Positions 1 to 13,959 of a stretch of DNA of 64,000 bases are shown piece by piece (positions within the stretch are counted from its first letter, which is position 1; every line of letters begins with the position of its first letter). The DNA is taken from positions 7,576,962 to 7,640,961 of the forward strand of contig NC_134034.1 of the NCBI RefSeq assembly GCF_964204645.1. The letters run 5' to 3'. The notes under the pieces are model-generated. The model made no database searches and had not been told where the DNA came from. It worked only from the letters and a program-made list of their open reading frames with translations. Source of the DNA: Tubulanus polymorphus. Its lineage: Eukaryota > Animalia > Nemertea. Both the position numbers and the translations under genes were made by a program.

Positions 1-1003
1 TAAGGACACAATTTTTGTGGCCCATCTCAACAAATCTTATATTATATGAAAGCCTTTTCTATTTTCTAATAAATGAACAACGAATCTGTGATGAAAATCA
101 TCTGGAAATGAGCTATTCTGTATCGTGATGAATGTAGATTTTCCCTGGAATGAGGAGTAATATACACTACATTAAGTGAAATTCCTCAATGTTAATGGCT
201 TAAAATTCCTTCCAAAACCATCCATTAATTATTAGTGCAGCTATTCTCTCTTCACGTTTTCCAATGCTAAGATCAAACTAAATGTGCTGCAATTCAAACG
301 CATGTAATTAAATCGGAGTCCAGGGACAACATGTCCACTTGGAAAGTAGTCTAAAATTCTTGACTATCGGTCTATTTCAAAAATATAGAAAATTGAAATA
401 TCTGATAAACAGTCAAGCCTGCTTAAGTTGGATATTTTGGATTTCGACATATGTTGTATGGTAATTAACTTACCTTAGGCCTGATATATTTCATTCAATT
501 TAACCTATAAATATGTACATTTTTTGTAGCTCATTTTATGCCCGGTTCAGAATCTACAGTATCCATTCATTTGTTTGGATCGAATAAGGTCAAGTTGGGT
601 ACTTTGATTTTGTTTTCCAGTTCCTGCAGATCCAGCAACAATCAAGATGTAGTGGTTCAATATAATCAAGATGCCCCTTGAATTAGTTAGATTTTACTGA
701 CATTACCAGCAACTATAGATAAGATTATTCTACATTATTACTGATCTTCGCAGATATTCCCGACTTAGGTCAACAGGGTCACATGTACATTCGCTAATAT
801 CAATAACTCACTGAGAATGCAGCAACTTTCTAAGTTGTATTTCACTCTTGTTGTATAAAAATAATTGTTTCCATGGCAGCTCAGACTTAGGCTGGCTTGA
901 CTGTAATACAATATTCAACTCCCCTAGGGTCAAAATAAAGGACCATAGTTCAAGTAGGATCAAGGTCCAGCACCGATTAGTAGAATGGGGAGAAAACATA
1001 GTT

Positions 1004-1430
1004 AAGGCCACACAAAAAAACAAATTCTGTTTCTCGGCAATTTTTTGGGAATACTTTTTAAAATGGGGTAGGTCACCTTATATACTTATTACTGGACCAA
1101 ATCTTTAGTCGGGAATATGATTGACCACAATGATAAAATGAAATTGACGTGTTTGCACAATTACTTAAAAAATATATTTTGAACATATTTCACGGAATTC
1201 CTGGAATTTACAATCCAAGGTCGATCAATGTCCAATAAGCAAAGTTGTCTGAGCATGGTTGCACCATTTCAGATTGTTAAATCCGATGCAATAAACTATT
1301 TTTATGACGTTGATCTCAGTGCCGACGTCACGATTTGATTAAAAAGAAAAAAATATTTACGATTGTTTGAAACGACGAAATATCGGGTCGGTCGGGCGCG
1401 AGAAACAGGATTTTCTTTTGGTGTGGCCTA
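1004..1430. mobile_element. MITE-like non-autonomous DNA transposon
   Basis: Imperfect ~30-bp terminal inverted repeats (aggccacacaaaaaaacaaattctgtttctcg / cgagaaacaggattttcttttggtgtggcct), TA at the flanks, non-coding interior. Confidence 0.6.
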
Positions 1431-2044
1431 CTCCTCAAAATACACTGGATGAGCCCGGCAATAATGAGGAGTGAAATGACACTGCAAACAATTATCAAAT
1501 CAAATCTGTTGATATTTTCCTAAAAAAACCTGTATTCAATCCAAGGATGAACTAACAGCTGTCAAGTGAATGCAGCCCACAATATAACCCAAGTATCAAG
1601 ACAAATAGTCAGTGTCTTCAAAACTATCAAAAATAATTGGATTTCATCTCAGAACGAATGAACAGACATTTCATAAGAGCATCTTCAAAACTTACCAAAA
1701 TAACCGGATTCCCGGATGGATAAGTGAACGCAGCCAGAAAATAAGAAGGCCAGCACTCTTTCTTATATTTGCAAGATTACACACTCTATTTCCATCATTG
1801 AAGCAGTTGTTCAGATTTCATGAAACTCGACTGAAATCCAATCTTTCTTCCAATCCAAATGTTTTGTAGAATCAACCTTTTTGCTATTATGTCACCATGT
1901 TTGCAAGAAAATCGACTGTGTTTTCTTGTTCTCTTATTCATTCTTACTCCATTACAAGAAAACTGTTTTTATCTGTTGAAGAAGCAGTTGGTCAGTTTTC
2001 AAGAAAATCTACTCTGATTAGAAATGGTTTGTGACTTTTATGTT

Positions 2045-2196
2045 AGTAATAGGGGTTTAGTTGTTCTAGATCAATGGTCGAAAGGTCGAGCTCATAAAAA
2101 ATGAAAAATAAATTCTTGCACGCTCGAATTTATTTTTCATTTTTTACTCACTCAACCTTTCAACCTTTAATCTAGAACACGTAAACCCCTATTACT
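2045..2196. repeat. Terminal palindrome/hairpin of copy A (152 bp)
   Basis: agtaataggggttta...taaacccctattact, arms complementary around loop ttgcacgctc. Confidence 0.9.
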
Positions 2197-2255
2197 CTTA
2201 AAATATTAATCTAATAACTTCTAAAATAAATGTTAATAAAAAATATGTTATTAAA

Positions 2256-2597
2256 ATGGAGAGTAAACAAGTACACAGTGAATTCTTAAATAGAATAAAA
2301 GTTAATACAAATGCTAAATCAGTAGATTATAAGTTTAAGAAGTTAAAAGAATTAACAATCCATAAGAAATATCTAGTTACAAATATTGTTACAGTTACTA
2401 ACAAATATGGAGATAAATTAGTTATACACTTAGAATATGAAGGATTAAAAGGAAATACATATAAATTCAGAACATATTTACCAGATAGATTTCATAGATT
2501 ATCAAGTGAAGATTAAGAAGAATTATGTTCTGGAGATTTCTATTTCATATACAAAGGTAAGAATGAAAACGGGCACCATGAAATAGATTTCGAATAA
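2256..2597 (+). pseudogene. Small conserved Polinton protein (homolog of 40020), premature stop at 2516
   Basis: Near-identical to the 40020-40437 product; homology continues past the stop. Confidence 0.75.
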
Positions 2598-2704
2598 GAT
2601 ATGTAAATTCATATTATAAAATTTATATTGTAACCTCAGTAATAATAAATAACCTTTTTAAGTATTTAGGTATGTATCTAATGCGTATCTTATACATTAA
2701 TACT

Positions 2705-3316
2705 TATTTTATAAATTTATATTCATATGGAAATTGTAATCTCAGTAATAATTTTGAACCTTTACTTTTCTTTAATTTATTCATATATTCATCATGTAAT
2801 TCAGTAGGTATAATTTGATTTACTTCCAATGATTGTTGCATAGATTTTCTATCTTTGTTATAAAATAAAACTAGAAATCTTATATTCTCCCTAAAGGCTT
2901 TAACAATTGAATTATATTTTTGATAATAAAACCCATGTTGTTATCCCAAAATGTCTCCCAGTGAAAGCTAGATAACATAATTCACTTTTTCTAATTTTTG
3001 AATCATGTAAATTTGCGCAATCATCTATAATGAATAATGTATTTAATCCTTTATAAATATCAATTGCTATTTCAATACAATTATCTAAATTTTCTTTTAC
3101 TGTTTTAGGATCTAATATAATAAACTTTTTTATCTTAACTATATCTCTATTATATGTTTTATTCATTTCATAAGTAGGACAAAATAATATTATATTATCA
3201 AAATGATTCTTATAAATAGTTTCTAACAAGTCTAATATGAAATGCGTTTTACCACAGTTGGTTACTCCAGTAACTAACATATTATGCGGTTCAAATATAA
3301 ATAAATCTTTATTCAT
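2705..3316 (-). pseudogene. A32/FtsK-like genome packaging ATPase, frameshifted
   Basis: Walker A GVTNCGKT, Walker B LFIIDD, GRH motif. Confidence 0.88.
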
Positions 3317-4430
3317 TTATTCTTTTAATTTTACTAGATAAAATCCATTCATTAAATTTATCATCATACCCTTTATATTTCTCCAAAGAATACTTTTTTC
3401 CTTTAAGAGTTTTTGTTTTCAATACTTTTTCTATTTTGTATTCTATTTCATCTGGATTTGGTACAAGTGATAATTCTTGTTCGTAGAAATAACCTAATAT
3501 TTCTTCATCTTGTAAATCTTCCAATTTATAAACAAATGGTTTAGTTAATATTATCTTTTTAATCTTGAATATTTCTTCAGTAAAATTTGGAGTATAACCT
3601 TTATAAAATGTTTTTCTATATTTAGATATTTTTACGTGTTGTCCTATTTTAAATTTTGGTTCAACAAAATCATGTGTAACAAACGCACCATATAAATTAT
3701 TCCAAACTATTTCTGAATTATCTTCTTTTCTAGCTTGTATAGGTTTCATATTTATAGAACTATGTTTAGAATTATTATAACCTTTCACTAAATCATCTAA
3801 TATATCGATATATTTATATGTTTCATTAGCAGTAAAATATTTCCACATTCTAGTTTTCAATGTTTTATTAAACGTTTCTATAATAGATGCTTTTTTATCT
3901 GATTGTGTTGAAAAATATTCTACATCGTTATCAGATAATAGTTTTTTAAGATGTTTGTTATAAAATTCTTTACCTTCATCAAATTGTATCTTATCTGGAA
4001 TAGCTTCTTTAAATATTGATTTAAAAACATTTGTTACTTCTATTCCAGTTTTATTTTTGATTGGAATTGACGCGTATCTACTGAATATGTCTATAACATT
4101 TGATATCCAGAAATATCCTTTGTTCTATTCTTCGAAGTTCTTCATATCAATTAATATCAGCTATATTCATATATTCAATATATTCATATCAGCTTGCCAT
4201 TGTTGATCGATATATGAAACCATTACTTTTCTTGTTAAATAGGTTTTATCCATTTTCTTGTGGATTTGATATGTTGGTTGATTTTGTAACCATAATCTTA
4301 ATTCACTATATTTTATATCACCATTTTCGTTATCAGATTTAATTTTATCCCATAATTCTGTAACGCTAGAATATGATACTTCACTTTCTGGGTTGTAATA
4401 TAACTCTCTTAAATATTGTTCTTTTTTCAT
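3309..4430 (-). pseudogene. Retroviral-type (rve) integrase with C-terminal chromodomain, disrupted
   Basis: WQAD, IQFDEGKEF and IIERFNKT motifs; YKIEKVLK...KYKGYDDKFNEWI chromo-like end; homolog of 48893-49970. Confidence 0.88.
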
Positions 4431-4920
4431 CTTATTTTAATCCATTAATAATAATTTAGATTTAGTTTCAATGACTTTATTATTTGACTTATTTTCTGGT
4501 ATAATAGGTTTATTATCATTGGAATCATCTTTATCATCAGATTTGAATTTTTATATTACACCAGAGAATATAATAACTGTTACTAATCCAATTGTAATAT
4601 ATAAGTAATTATTACTTCCAGCATTATAAGAATTAGATGGATTATTATTTGAATCAATATCAGATAATTTCTGTGATTCATTTATATCAGTTAATTTCTT
4701 TTTCTTAGCTTTTTTTTAATTCTGCAGATCTTTTACCTAATTCTCTTGCCCATATAATTTGTTTCTCGGATCTAGGCTTCTTCTTAACGTCACTGTGTGG
4801 GTGCCGTACGGAAACAACATCACTCATTTATTTTAATTAATTTTTGTTCTGATTCATTTTCTGTTTCACCGTTTGGGTGTCGTACGGCGCCATCTGTTTC
4901 GTTCTTACCCGATTTATATT

Positions 4921-5427
4921 CTATAGGTTTTTACTCGAAAATGTTATGACTCCAGTAGAAATTAATGTCATAACCGATCCTAATTGGAATGAAGCATATC
5001 CGACCCATTTTTGTAATTCAGTCATAACTAAGTAGTCAACTTTCAAATCACTATATAATTTATTTTCATCATCAATTGACATTAACCGGTTACATGATTT
5101 TGAATAACATTTTATAATACCATCTGAAATAGAATCATTTATTCGGGCCAATCTTGCCTCTTCATAAATCTTAAAATATTTTATTACTTTATCTGGTTTC
5201 ATAGAGTCTAATTCTTGAAAAGTAATGATCTTAGTTAAAAACTCTTTACATTTAGCACTAGCAATTAATAATTCTAGATGGTGCTTACAATATAAGTAGT
5301 ATTCATAATCAATATTACAATTAATATTATTTTCAATTTTGGTTGGAATATCCTTATTATCACTAATGCCCAAATCATCTAATGTTTTTTCAATGTCGGT
5401 ATAATTCTTACTCGATTTCTTTGACAT
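4921..5427 (-). CDS. Conserved Polinton hypothetical protein (homolog of 50336-50944), C-terminus frameshifted
   Basis: ORF nearly identical to its copy C homolog. Confidence 0.7.
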   Translation of the reverse strand: MSKKSSKNYTDIEKTLDDLGISDNKDIPTKIENNINCNIDYEYYLYCKHHLELLIASAKCKEFLTKIITFQELDSMKPDKVIKYFKIYEEARLARINDSISDGIIKCYSKSCNRLMSIDDENKLYSDLKVDYLVMTELQKWVGYASFQLGSVMTLISTGVITFSSKNL

Positions 5428-5754
5428 TTATATTATAGAACAAAGCGGAAAAAAATATTATTAAATGATACTAGCTAGTTAAAGTTAAAGAATTCTAGTA
5501 TTGACTACTGATACTAGCTATTTGAATTTAAAGAATTTCTATTTGAATCTATTCAAAATATAAAGTATTCTCCTTTTGAAAAGAAAATATTAAAAATATA
5601 ATAGAATTCACTGGTTAGTTGAAGTAATTGTTTTTTAAATACTTTTTATTTAAATTAGGAGTTAGATTATCTCACTACTATTGTTTATCTATTAGGAGAA
5701 GTTATTATAACTGTCCAGATAAGTCATTTCGAATCCTCGATAATAAATCCTCAA

Positions 5755-6246
5755 ACTGAAAATAAATTCAAAGAAACGACTGGTGGAATTACTATTTCAT
5801 AAACACATATATTTTATTCTACAATCATTATCGATTTCCACATTCCTCAACGGGCCTCTGAGGCCCGGCAAGTTATGCGTGGAATGCAGGAATCAATAAA
5901 GTATAATACAACATCTGTCACTGTAACCATTAACAACAGCTGAATGACGCAATTGAAATTGCGGCAAACGTAATGCATTGAAAGCCTATACAGTATGGCT
6001 AAACTGCTACAGTCTCATGAGTTGAAATATAGGTGCTTTTAACAACAAGCAACAGATGTTCTTTTATGATTAATCCTTTTCAACTGAAATAGCACGTTCG
6101 ATCAATATTCAAATGAGGTACACGCCATTCAACTGAATATAACTGCCGCAGATGTTTTTTGTAAACAACCTACAGCTAACCTAATACAATTGCATATAGG
6201 CAGTTTGACATAGATCGAGAGTAACCGGTTTTCTAAGCGCTTAAGC
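5755..6246. mobile_element. ~490-bp insertion in the 3' end of the HNH gene
   Basis: Flanks are contiguous in copy C (~51270-51285); tcaa on both sides; internal GC hairpin cgggcctctgaggcccg. Confidence 0.6.
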
Positions 6247-6894
6247 TTCAACGTATTTTTCATTATGTGTTGAATTCCATAATTCGACGAATGTCTTTGC
6301 TTTATCCAGTTGATCTAAATATAACTGTAAATCTAGTTTATTAGATTTAATTATCTTTTCCTTCTTTTCTAAAGGTCTTAAATTTTTCCAATTCCAAATT
6401 AGTTTTTTATCGTATTCATCACTCATGTCAAATTTAGAAATCGGCAACACGTGATCAATATGAAAGTATTCACCATAGTTTTTTTCATTCATTTCATCAT
6501 CAAACTGATATATTATCCATCATTTTAAGAATTCAACTGAACAACCCAACAAATTAGATAATGATTCTGAATGCGTTTTTTTGTTGAATAATTGTGTTAA
6601 TCTAGATCTTAAGCATTGTTTCAATCTAAAATTAAGATCTGTTTTATATCTTTCTCTCATATATTCTGTCATATAATCATTATAATGTTCTCTATTATCT
6701 GCTCGATATTGCTTGGTATATAGTTTAATACAAGTTTTGCAGCAATATTGAAAACCATCTTTGCTAATCTTACGCTTACTAAATTCTGTTATAGCTAATT
6801 TATCTAATTCACATTTAGAACATTTCTTGTAGTATATATTTATGACACCAGTGTTATTTGTAATATTGATAGTTTGTGGTTGTTCTGGTTCCAT
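6241..6894 (-). pseudogene. HNH endonuclease, internal stop
   Basis: CSKC...CKTC and HIDHVLP...NWKNLRPL motifs. Confidence 0.8.
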
Positions 6895-6947
6895 TTATTA
6901 TACATATTTTTACTAAATTATATACTCATATTTTTACTAAAATTTGA

Positions 6948-9900
6948 TTAACATGTTATAATCCTGTTCATTATTTCCTTTTCTTTTGTTTCTTCTCTTT
7001 TAAATCTTAAGTATTCATCTAAATTGCAACCATACGCGACTGTATGAATTCCGTCATCTAAAATATATCTTTTATCATCAAATGGGTTTGGACTTATCTT
7101 TTCAATTTCTTCAATAAACATCTCGTGGTACTCAGATCTTAAACATCGTATCTTATGTTTTCTAACTTCTTCATTGAATATACAATTGATGTAATCTTTG
7201 AAATGAATATTCTTTTCAACAACGCTTCTGGTAATTCCTTTTAATTTCTTTGATTCATGAGTTCTAGTTTTATAACTATACATTTTAGATACTATATATT
7301 TTCTAATACCAATGAATTCAATCATTTCTTCACCACCTAATTCATCTTTAAACTTCCCGGGAACTTTTTTATTATCATTGCTAAACAATTCATGATCTTT
7401 AGGATAGTAAGCGAAATCAAAATGATGTTTTAATGTTTTTAAATCATCTGTTATATTATTAGTTTTTATCTGTAATATGTAAGAATCAAAATATAAGATT
7501 TCTATATGTGTCAAAATATAAGATTTCTATATGTTTTCCAAAATGAGGTTGTAATATGTTATAATAGAATTCATACATTAATAACTTTGATAATTCTAAA
7601 ACTGTAGCTCCAACATTAATTGGTTTATTAAATTTCATTGATGTTCTTCTCATTTTAACAGCGGCTAAATTTTCATCAAATATTTTGTTACCCATAAATT
7701 TAGGATATGTTTGTAAATGTCTAATTCTTTTACCATTACTAACTAACTCAATATCATTTCTATTTCTAATATTTTCACAAGTCTTACCATAGAATGCATT
7801 ATTCATTAACTTTTTAAATCTTTTTCGAAATCAGTTGTAGCTTTAGTTCTCTGTTTTGTGTTAAAATCTATATATTTTTCTAACCATTTAGATTGACTGA
7901 ATGAAATATATCTATGTACTTTTTTTAGGATCATACCTTGTTTTAGATATAACTTTAACATTCTATAATGTACTACATAATTATATTTATCTTCTTGAGT
8001 TACCATTAACTTTTCTGTATGAATATGATTTTCGGGTTTAATTCTTTTTAGTAATTTGATAATTCTTCATGTGTAACAGTTTTATGTTCTGGACAGTATG
8101 CTAGATTTCTAGATTTAAATTTTTTATCATCAGGATATTCCAAGTCTACAACAAAGAAGTAACCAGTATCTGAATCATCTTCAATATCTAGAATTCTATT
8201 CTTCCAATCAAATTTATCATTATTTTCATGTTGTAAAACTTCACTTATTTCAAATACTCCATCAGGTTGTGGTTCCATCATTGCCCATCCATAAAGATTA
8301 TTTGCATCTATATATAATAACTTATATCCAGGATTGTCATTTACATTGAAATATCTATCGCCTAATACACCTGAAACTCCTCCTCTTACAGATTTTTCAA
8401 ATAATAATAATTGATCTATATTTGTCAACAAATCCATTTTTATATCTGTAAATTTTCAACCACAATCCCAAGTTAATCCTGGTGAAGAATAACAATGGCA
8501 AGGATCCATATTAAAATATTTTAGATTTACATCTCTAAACCTTTCAAATATATCCGATAATAATAATACATCTGATTTTAAATATAAATCTACTAAGTGT
8601 CCATGATTTGTTATTTTATAATGATTCCAAATATTCAATGTTCTATTATAGACTTCATATTTAACATATTCGTTTTTTAATTCATCATAGAATTGTTCTA
8701 TAATAATTCAGTTATATTGAAATCATTATGTGATTTATAAAATGAATATGGAATTGCGCCTTTATATCTCATTAATTGAAAATCATCATTATTTGGGTAG
8801 TGTTGTTTTAATATTTTTAATTCATCATCAACTAATGATTTTGATAAATTATCTAATGAACTACCTAAAAATCTATATGAATCTATAAATCTTAGGCACC
8901 CAAATTGGAACAAAGTTAATTTTCTTAGCTTGTAAGTTACAATTCTCATGCGCTGCGCATCTAAACTTTCCATTTAAATGATCATGGTCTCTTACTTTTT
9001 TATCTTTTAGATTAAATATCTTTTCACAATAATGACATTTATCTGCAAACTCAAATGCTTCTTTATCTTCTTCTGTCATTATAATTTCTATATTTGCATC
9101 TAATAGTTTACTAAATTTTATTTCATACTCAATCAATAAGTCACAAAAATGATTGATAACATTTTCATTTCTATAATGATAATATTCACTTTTAATTAGT
9201 TCTGGATAATCAGATTTTATATATAACCAAAAGCTGCAGCTGATTGATGAATCTTTTTAATAGTATTTGTTATTAGGGGATCTGAATAATCAATTATATC
9301 ATTTTCATCAGAATTTAATTTCTTTCTTTTATGATATATTTCTTTTCTATCTTCGATCAGTTAATTCTTTATTTATTGATTCAAAATCTCCATATATTAC
9401 AAATGGTACTTTATTCTTGTAATCATATTTTTTGAATTCTAATACTTTATCCTTTTCATTTGGTAAAACTATTTTACAATAATCATGATTTTCACATAAT
9501 TGTTTATGATTTAATAATGCACTTTCGGTTCTGAATTTAGTTATACATTCTCTACATAGATATATTTTATTATCAAAATCATTTTCTGATTTGAAAAATA
9601 AATCAATACGTTTTATCCACATATAATGATTCTCATAATATAGTATATCTATAACATCATTTGATTCATAATCTTTTGCTAAGTATAAAGGTTCTAATGT
9701 ATAATGTTTAATATTATTACCTTTTGTTTTTGGCAATTTGACTAAATAAAACACATTTATCTTTATATTATTTTATTTGATTTAGTTAACTTATTATATT
9801 TTGTGTTATAAACATGTAAAGTCATAAATATTATTTCATCAAATATTAAACCTGATCCTTCAAAATATTTCTTTTCTATTTTACTTTTTATTTCATTAAA

Positions 9901-10542
9901 ACATTTATCTAATTTATCATCTATATGTTGTTTAGATATAATATGTTGTGAATGGGAATTTATATTATATATTGGTTTATCTTCAGATTTTATAAACTTT
10001 ACTTTAGAAGATATGCTAATTTTAGGGTATTCAACATCTGTAATTATTTTTATAATATTTTTTATATTTTCTAAATGTTTTTTATTTTCTTCTAATGTTT
10101 TTCCTTTATGAAATTTAAACTCAATAGCTGCTGGACCAATATCACTTTTAAATGCTTCGGTTATCTCTATTTCCTTTTTATTATCTAATGAATTAATATA
10201 TTTTCTTGCATCTTCCATGTATGGCCTTTTATTGTTTAATTTATTTTTTATTCTTTTAATTGTCTTCTGTTTCTTATCATTATCTTTATCAAAATAATCC
10301 TCACCTAAAATATCATTATTCTTATTTCTAATTTGACTTTTAGATTTTAAATGTTCTTTATAATATCTTTTGTATGTTTATTTTTCATTCTTTAATTCAT
10401 CTAATTTAGTTTCTAATATATCATCTTTATATTTTAGCTTTAATTTATTTTCTAAGTGAGATTTAGTTTTATTGTGCCTTGCTTTTTGAGATTTATGTAT
10501 ATTTATTTTACATGTTGGACAGTAGTATTTATTTGCTTCCAT
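6948..10542 (-). pseudogene. Protein-primed family B DNA polymerase, fragmented (copy A), intein-free allele
   Basis: ORF fragments with YIDANNLYG, NNAFYGKT, YFD(T)DS and EndoVII-like RDHDHLNG..AHENCN. Confidence 0.9.
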
Positions 10543-10787
10543 TTTAATACTAAATTTTTTATTAAAATTTATTTTCAAATAATACATATTAGATACCTCA
10601 ATACTTAAAACCCCATATCTCTAAAATATATATTACTTATTTTAATTTTTCAACTAAGTTTGAAATAATAAAGGTTAGATACGTATTAGATATGTATTAG
10701 ATATGTATAAGATACGCATGAGATACATAAATACTTAAAACCCCTTTTTTATTAACTATGTTTTTATACAATTTTCAACTGATATTA

Positions 10788-11582
10788 TTATTTGAGTGTT
10801 AGATAATTATCATTACTATCTGAATCACTTTCATCATCATACCCTAACAATGTATTCAAATTCTCTACCGTATCATCATCAATAGTTGTTTTATTGACAT
10901 ACTTTTTCATCCAAACTGTATCTTTATTTTCTACTTTATGTTTCATAGAATCTTCATTATCAATATGCTTTCCAGTAACTATATTTTCATTGTCATCTTT
11001 CATAGTGTTTGACTCCAACATTTCATTTACAAGGTTTGATCCTAATATTTTCTTAGCAGCAGATAAATCTAATTTATCATTACTAGGTTCCTTAGATGAA
11101 AATTCACCTAATAAATCTTTATATAAATCTTTACCATTTACTTTTTTATTTGAAACAAACTTAGTTATATATATAAATGGGAGTTCTATAAATTCTCTTA
11201 TACCTACACGCTCTATTACATTAGTAATATGTGAAGCTGTATTCATATGATTATTCCAATTTGATTGACTGTTTGAAAATTCACCTTTACAGTAGCCAAA
11301 ATAATTTCTATTTTCACTAATATTTAATATTATTTCATTATTTGATGTAGAAGGTAAAACATTATTTGATGTAGGAGGTTAAACATTATTATCAATTTCA
11401 TTACTTAAATTATCAGCAACTTCACTTTTATTATTATCGATTTCTATTAGTTTAGTTTTATAATTTTTGAAAATAGGATCAAATATCAAAGCTATATTAC
11501 AAGGTATTTCATAATATAAGCCATCATTATTTTCATGTTTATCGATGTATGGAATATGTTTATATACTTTACCTGCATCCAT
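10788..11582 (-). pseudogene. Polinton hypothetical protein(s) downstream of MCP
   Basis: ORFs 11379-11582 (TAAATG start) and 10788-11246; no recognisable motif. Confidence 0.45.
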
Positions 11583-11614
11583 TTATTATATAAATTTTTA
11601 TTAAAATTAAAATT

Positions 11615-11890
11615 CTAATACATAACACTATTTATTTGAGAATTTACAATATTTGATTGTGCGTCAGATATAATATAAATGTGCATTTTGAAATTTTTGA
11701 TTCCCTTTTTCTTTTTCATGAATAATTGTATTCCATCTTTAGTGTTCTGTAATTTTTTTCCAGAACCATGTAATAAGTTATCCTCTGTTGTTCTAAAATC
11801 TAACCATAATGCATATTTATTACCGGTATAATAATCAATTTGATTAATATTACAATTTTCAGATGATTTTACTTTTTGATTCATAAAATG
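11615..11890 (-). pseudogene. Major capsid protein C-terminal fragment
   Basis: Near-identical to the last ~90 aa of 45495-46742. Confidence 0.85.
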
Positions 11891-12713
11891 AGCGCCTAGT
11901 ATGCAAATCAAATAAGTTATAATTGATTGATTTATTCTTTGTATACCAGCTTTAGTAAAACCTTCACTATTTTCTAAAATAAAATAAACCCAAACATTAT
12001 TGTTTTCTTGTTTTAAATTATCATAGAATTTCGGTAATTTATTAAAATCTAATGTTTCTGAATCAATATTTTCTATTTTACCATAAACTAATTTATTATT
12101 ATAGATATTATAAAAACTATTAGATGGGATGGGAAGTGTGCAATATCGTTAAATATTTTCAGGACAAGGAAGTGATCTTATTGTTCCAAGTTTTGTTCTA
12201 AAATCAGAATTATTTATATCTATATTAAATTCATTACAAATTTTTTAAACTTTGATAAATTAATATTATTATCTAACTTTTAAAATACCTAGATCCTGGT
12301 AAAAGGGTCTCTAATTCATTTAATATTTATCTTATTTGAAAATAAGTATGAAATCTAAATAAACTTTGAATTAATTTATATTTAGAATTATTCAAATGAT
12401 CATTCCAACTAATTCCACATCCTGTTGTTGCACAATAAACTGCAAAATTTAATTGGTTCTGCCAATATTTCATATAAGATTTTAATAACCATTGTTTTTC
12501 ATCTTTCAATTTTTTAAAATTAATTAAATAAACATGAAATATATTTTCCATCTCTGCATTAAAATTATTAGTTTCAGTAACATAAATATCTAAATTAATT
12601 AATGAATTTAAAACTTCATTTCTATATGAAATATCTTTATTAAAATCTATTGCAGGAATATTATATTTAATTGATTTATTATATTGGAAAGCTTTTGGAA
12701 AACTATCTACCAT
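11891..12713 (-). pseudogene. Conserved Polinton protein (YWQNQLNFAVYC family), truncated by deletion
   Basis: Homolog of 42706-44004. Confidence 0.8.
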
Positions 12714-12756
12714 TTATATAATAAAAAAATTAATAATGTATTAATTCTTGTAATAA

Positions 12757-13400
12757 TTACGGTTTTCTGTTACATCACAGAAAACCCTATTGAGATTCGC
12801 GTGTTTCTTCTTATTATTATTTTATGTCACACTATTTTCACTAAAAGAACTAAGGCTTTGTTACCTTGCCGTTGTTGTCGATACAATCCGTATGATATCG
12901 TTCAGCTCACTGAGATCTACAAATACCCCGCGTCTTTTTTCACGAATCATCGTTACAAAAGCACTGTCGAGCCGTAAACATCGAAAATTTAGCCCCATTC
13001 GATGGGGCGACATGTTTTTCGAGTCGTCATCCCGAAATCAACCCGATAGTCGCTTCGATTATCAATTCAAGTATAAATGAACTAATTTATTGCCACAGAC
13101 TTCACATTCAGCCGCGGTCTTCAAAATGTAATTTTAACAATAGCCCATTTTCTTCATCAAATCATATTACCGATACACTGGAAATTTACTACTTAAGATT
13201 TTAAAAGCACTTTCGAGCCGTAAACATCAACGAATCGACGTGTGTCACTACATCGTCGTTCCGGGGATCAGCTGCGAGTTTCTCCTCATCATGAGAATCA
13301 AATCGAGTACAAATTAATTTGTTACTACCAGTGATTTGGCTGCGGGTTTCAAGGAGTTAGTTTAACAATACCTATTTTTCTTTACCAAATTAACCGTGTA
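12757..13400. mobile_element. Non-autonomous repeat (Helentron/HINE-like) truncating copy A
   Basis: Subterminal hairpin ggttttctg-ttacatca-cagaaaacc, short tta microsatellite, internal repeat aaaagcact.tcgagccgtaaacatc about 248 bp apart; right end uncertain. Confidence 0.4.
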
Positions 13401-13959
13401 TTTATTAAAATAAATCTTTAGTGTACCGGGGAGTCGTAGGCCTAAACTAAACACGCCGAAGAGATATAGCGGAGAAAAGCTGTTATGTCGACGAGGTATC
13501 AAAATAAAAGAATATATTACTTTATTCGGCCACGGGCTTCAACCTCTATATCAATACCATCAATTCTCTATATTTCCTACAGTACATACCGATCATTGTC
13601 AAATGCACAAGGTATTTACTAAATACAAGTATATAACACACTCCTATCCGTATGTTAGACTCACACTTGATATTCGGAGTAAGCGTTCGCTTGGGGGGAA
13701 AGGGGGTCGTTCGCTGTGTCGCTTGAAGTGTTTATCGAGTTTTACGCGACCTTAAGGCTTTAGGCCTACCGGTACTGACATTTACTGTCTCAAACAAACA
13801 CAGTATAAATGTTGCGGTTATTAACGGACTCATTGGATTGAACTTCAAAACAAAATTTACGATATTTAGGAGGGTTTTGTATTCAATAGGCTTACGACAA
13901 ATCTGTCCGGATGTTAGGCCTACGCATATACATAGGCCTACATAGGCTAGTAGCCTCTA

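Larger units (their letters stand above)
2045..12750. mobile_element. Polinton/Maverick-like element copy A, degraded, right end missing
   Basis: AGT-starting hairpin terminus, then ATPase, integrase, HNH, pPolB and MCP fragments closely similar to copy C. Confidence 0.9.

Noticed and set aside
1-2040. Host gene exons (ORFs 808-1108, 1612-1869)
   Set aside because: No recognisable domain or consistent exon chain; a weak gene fragment cannot be excluded.
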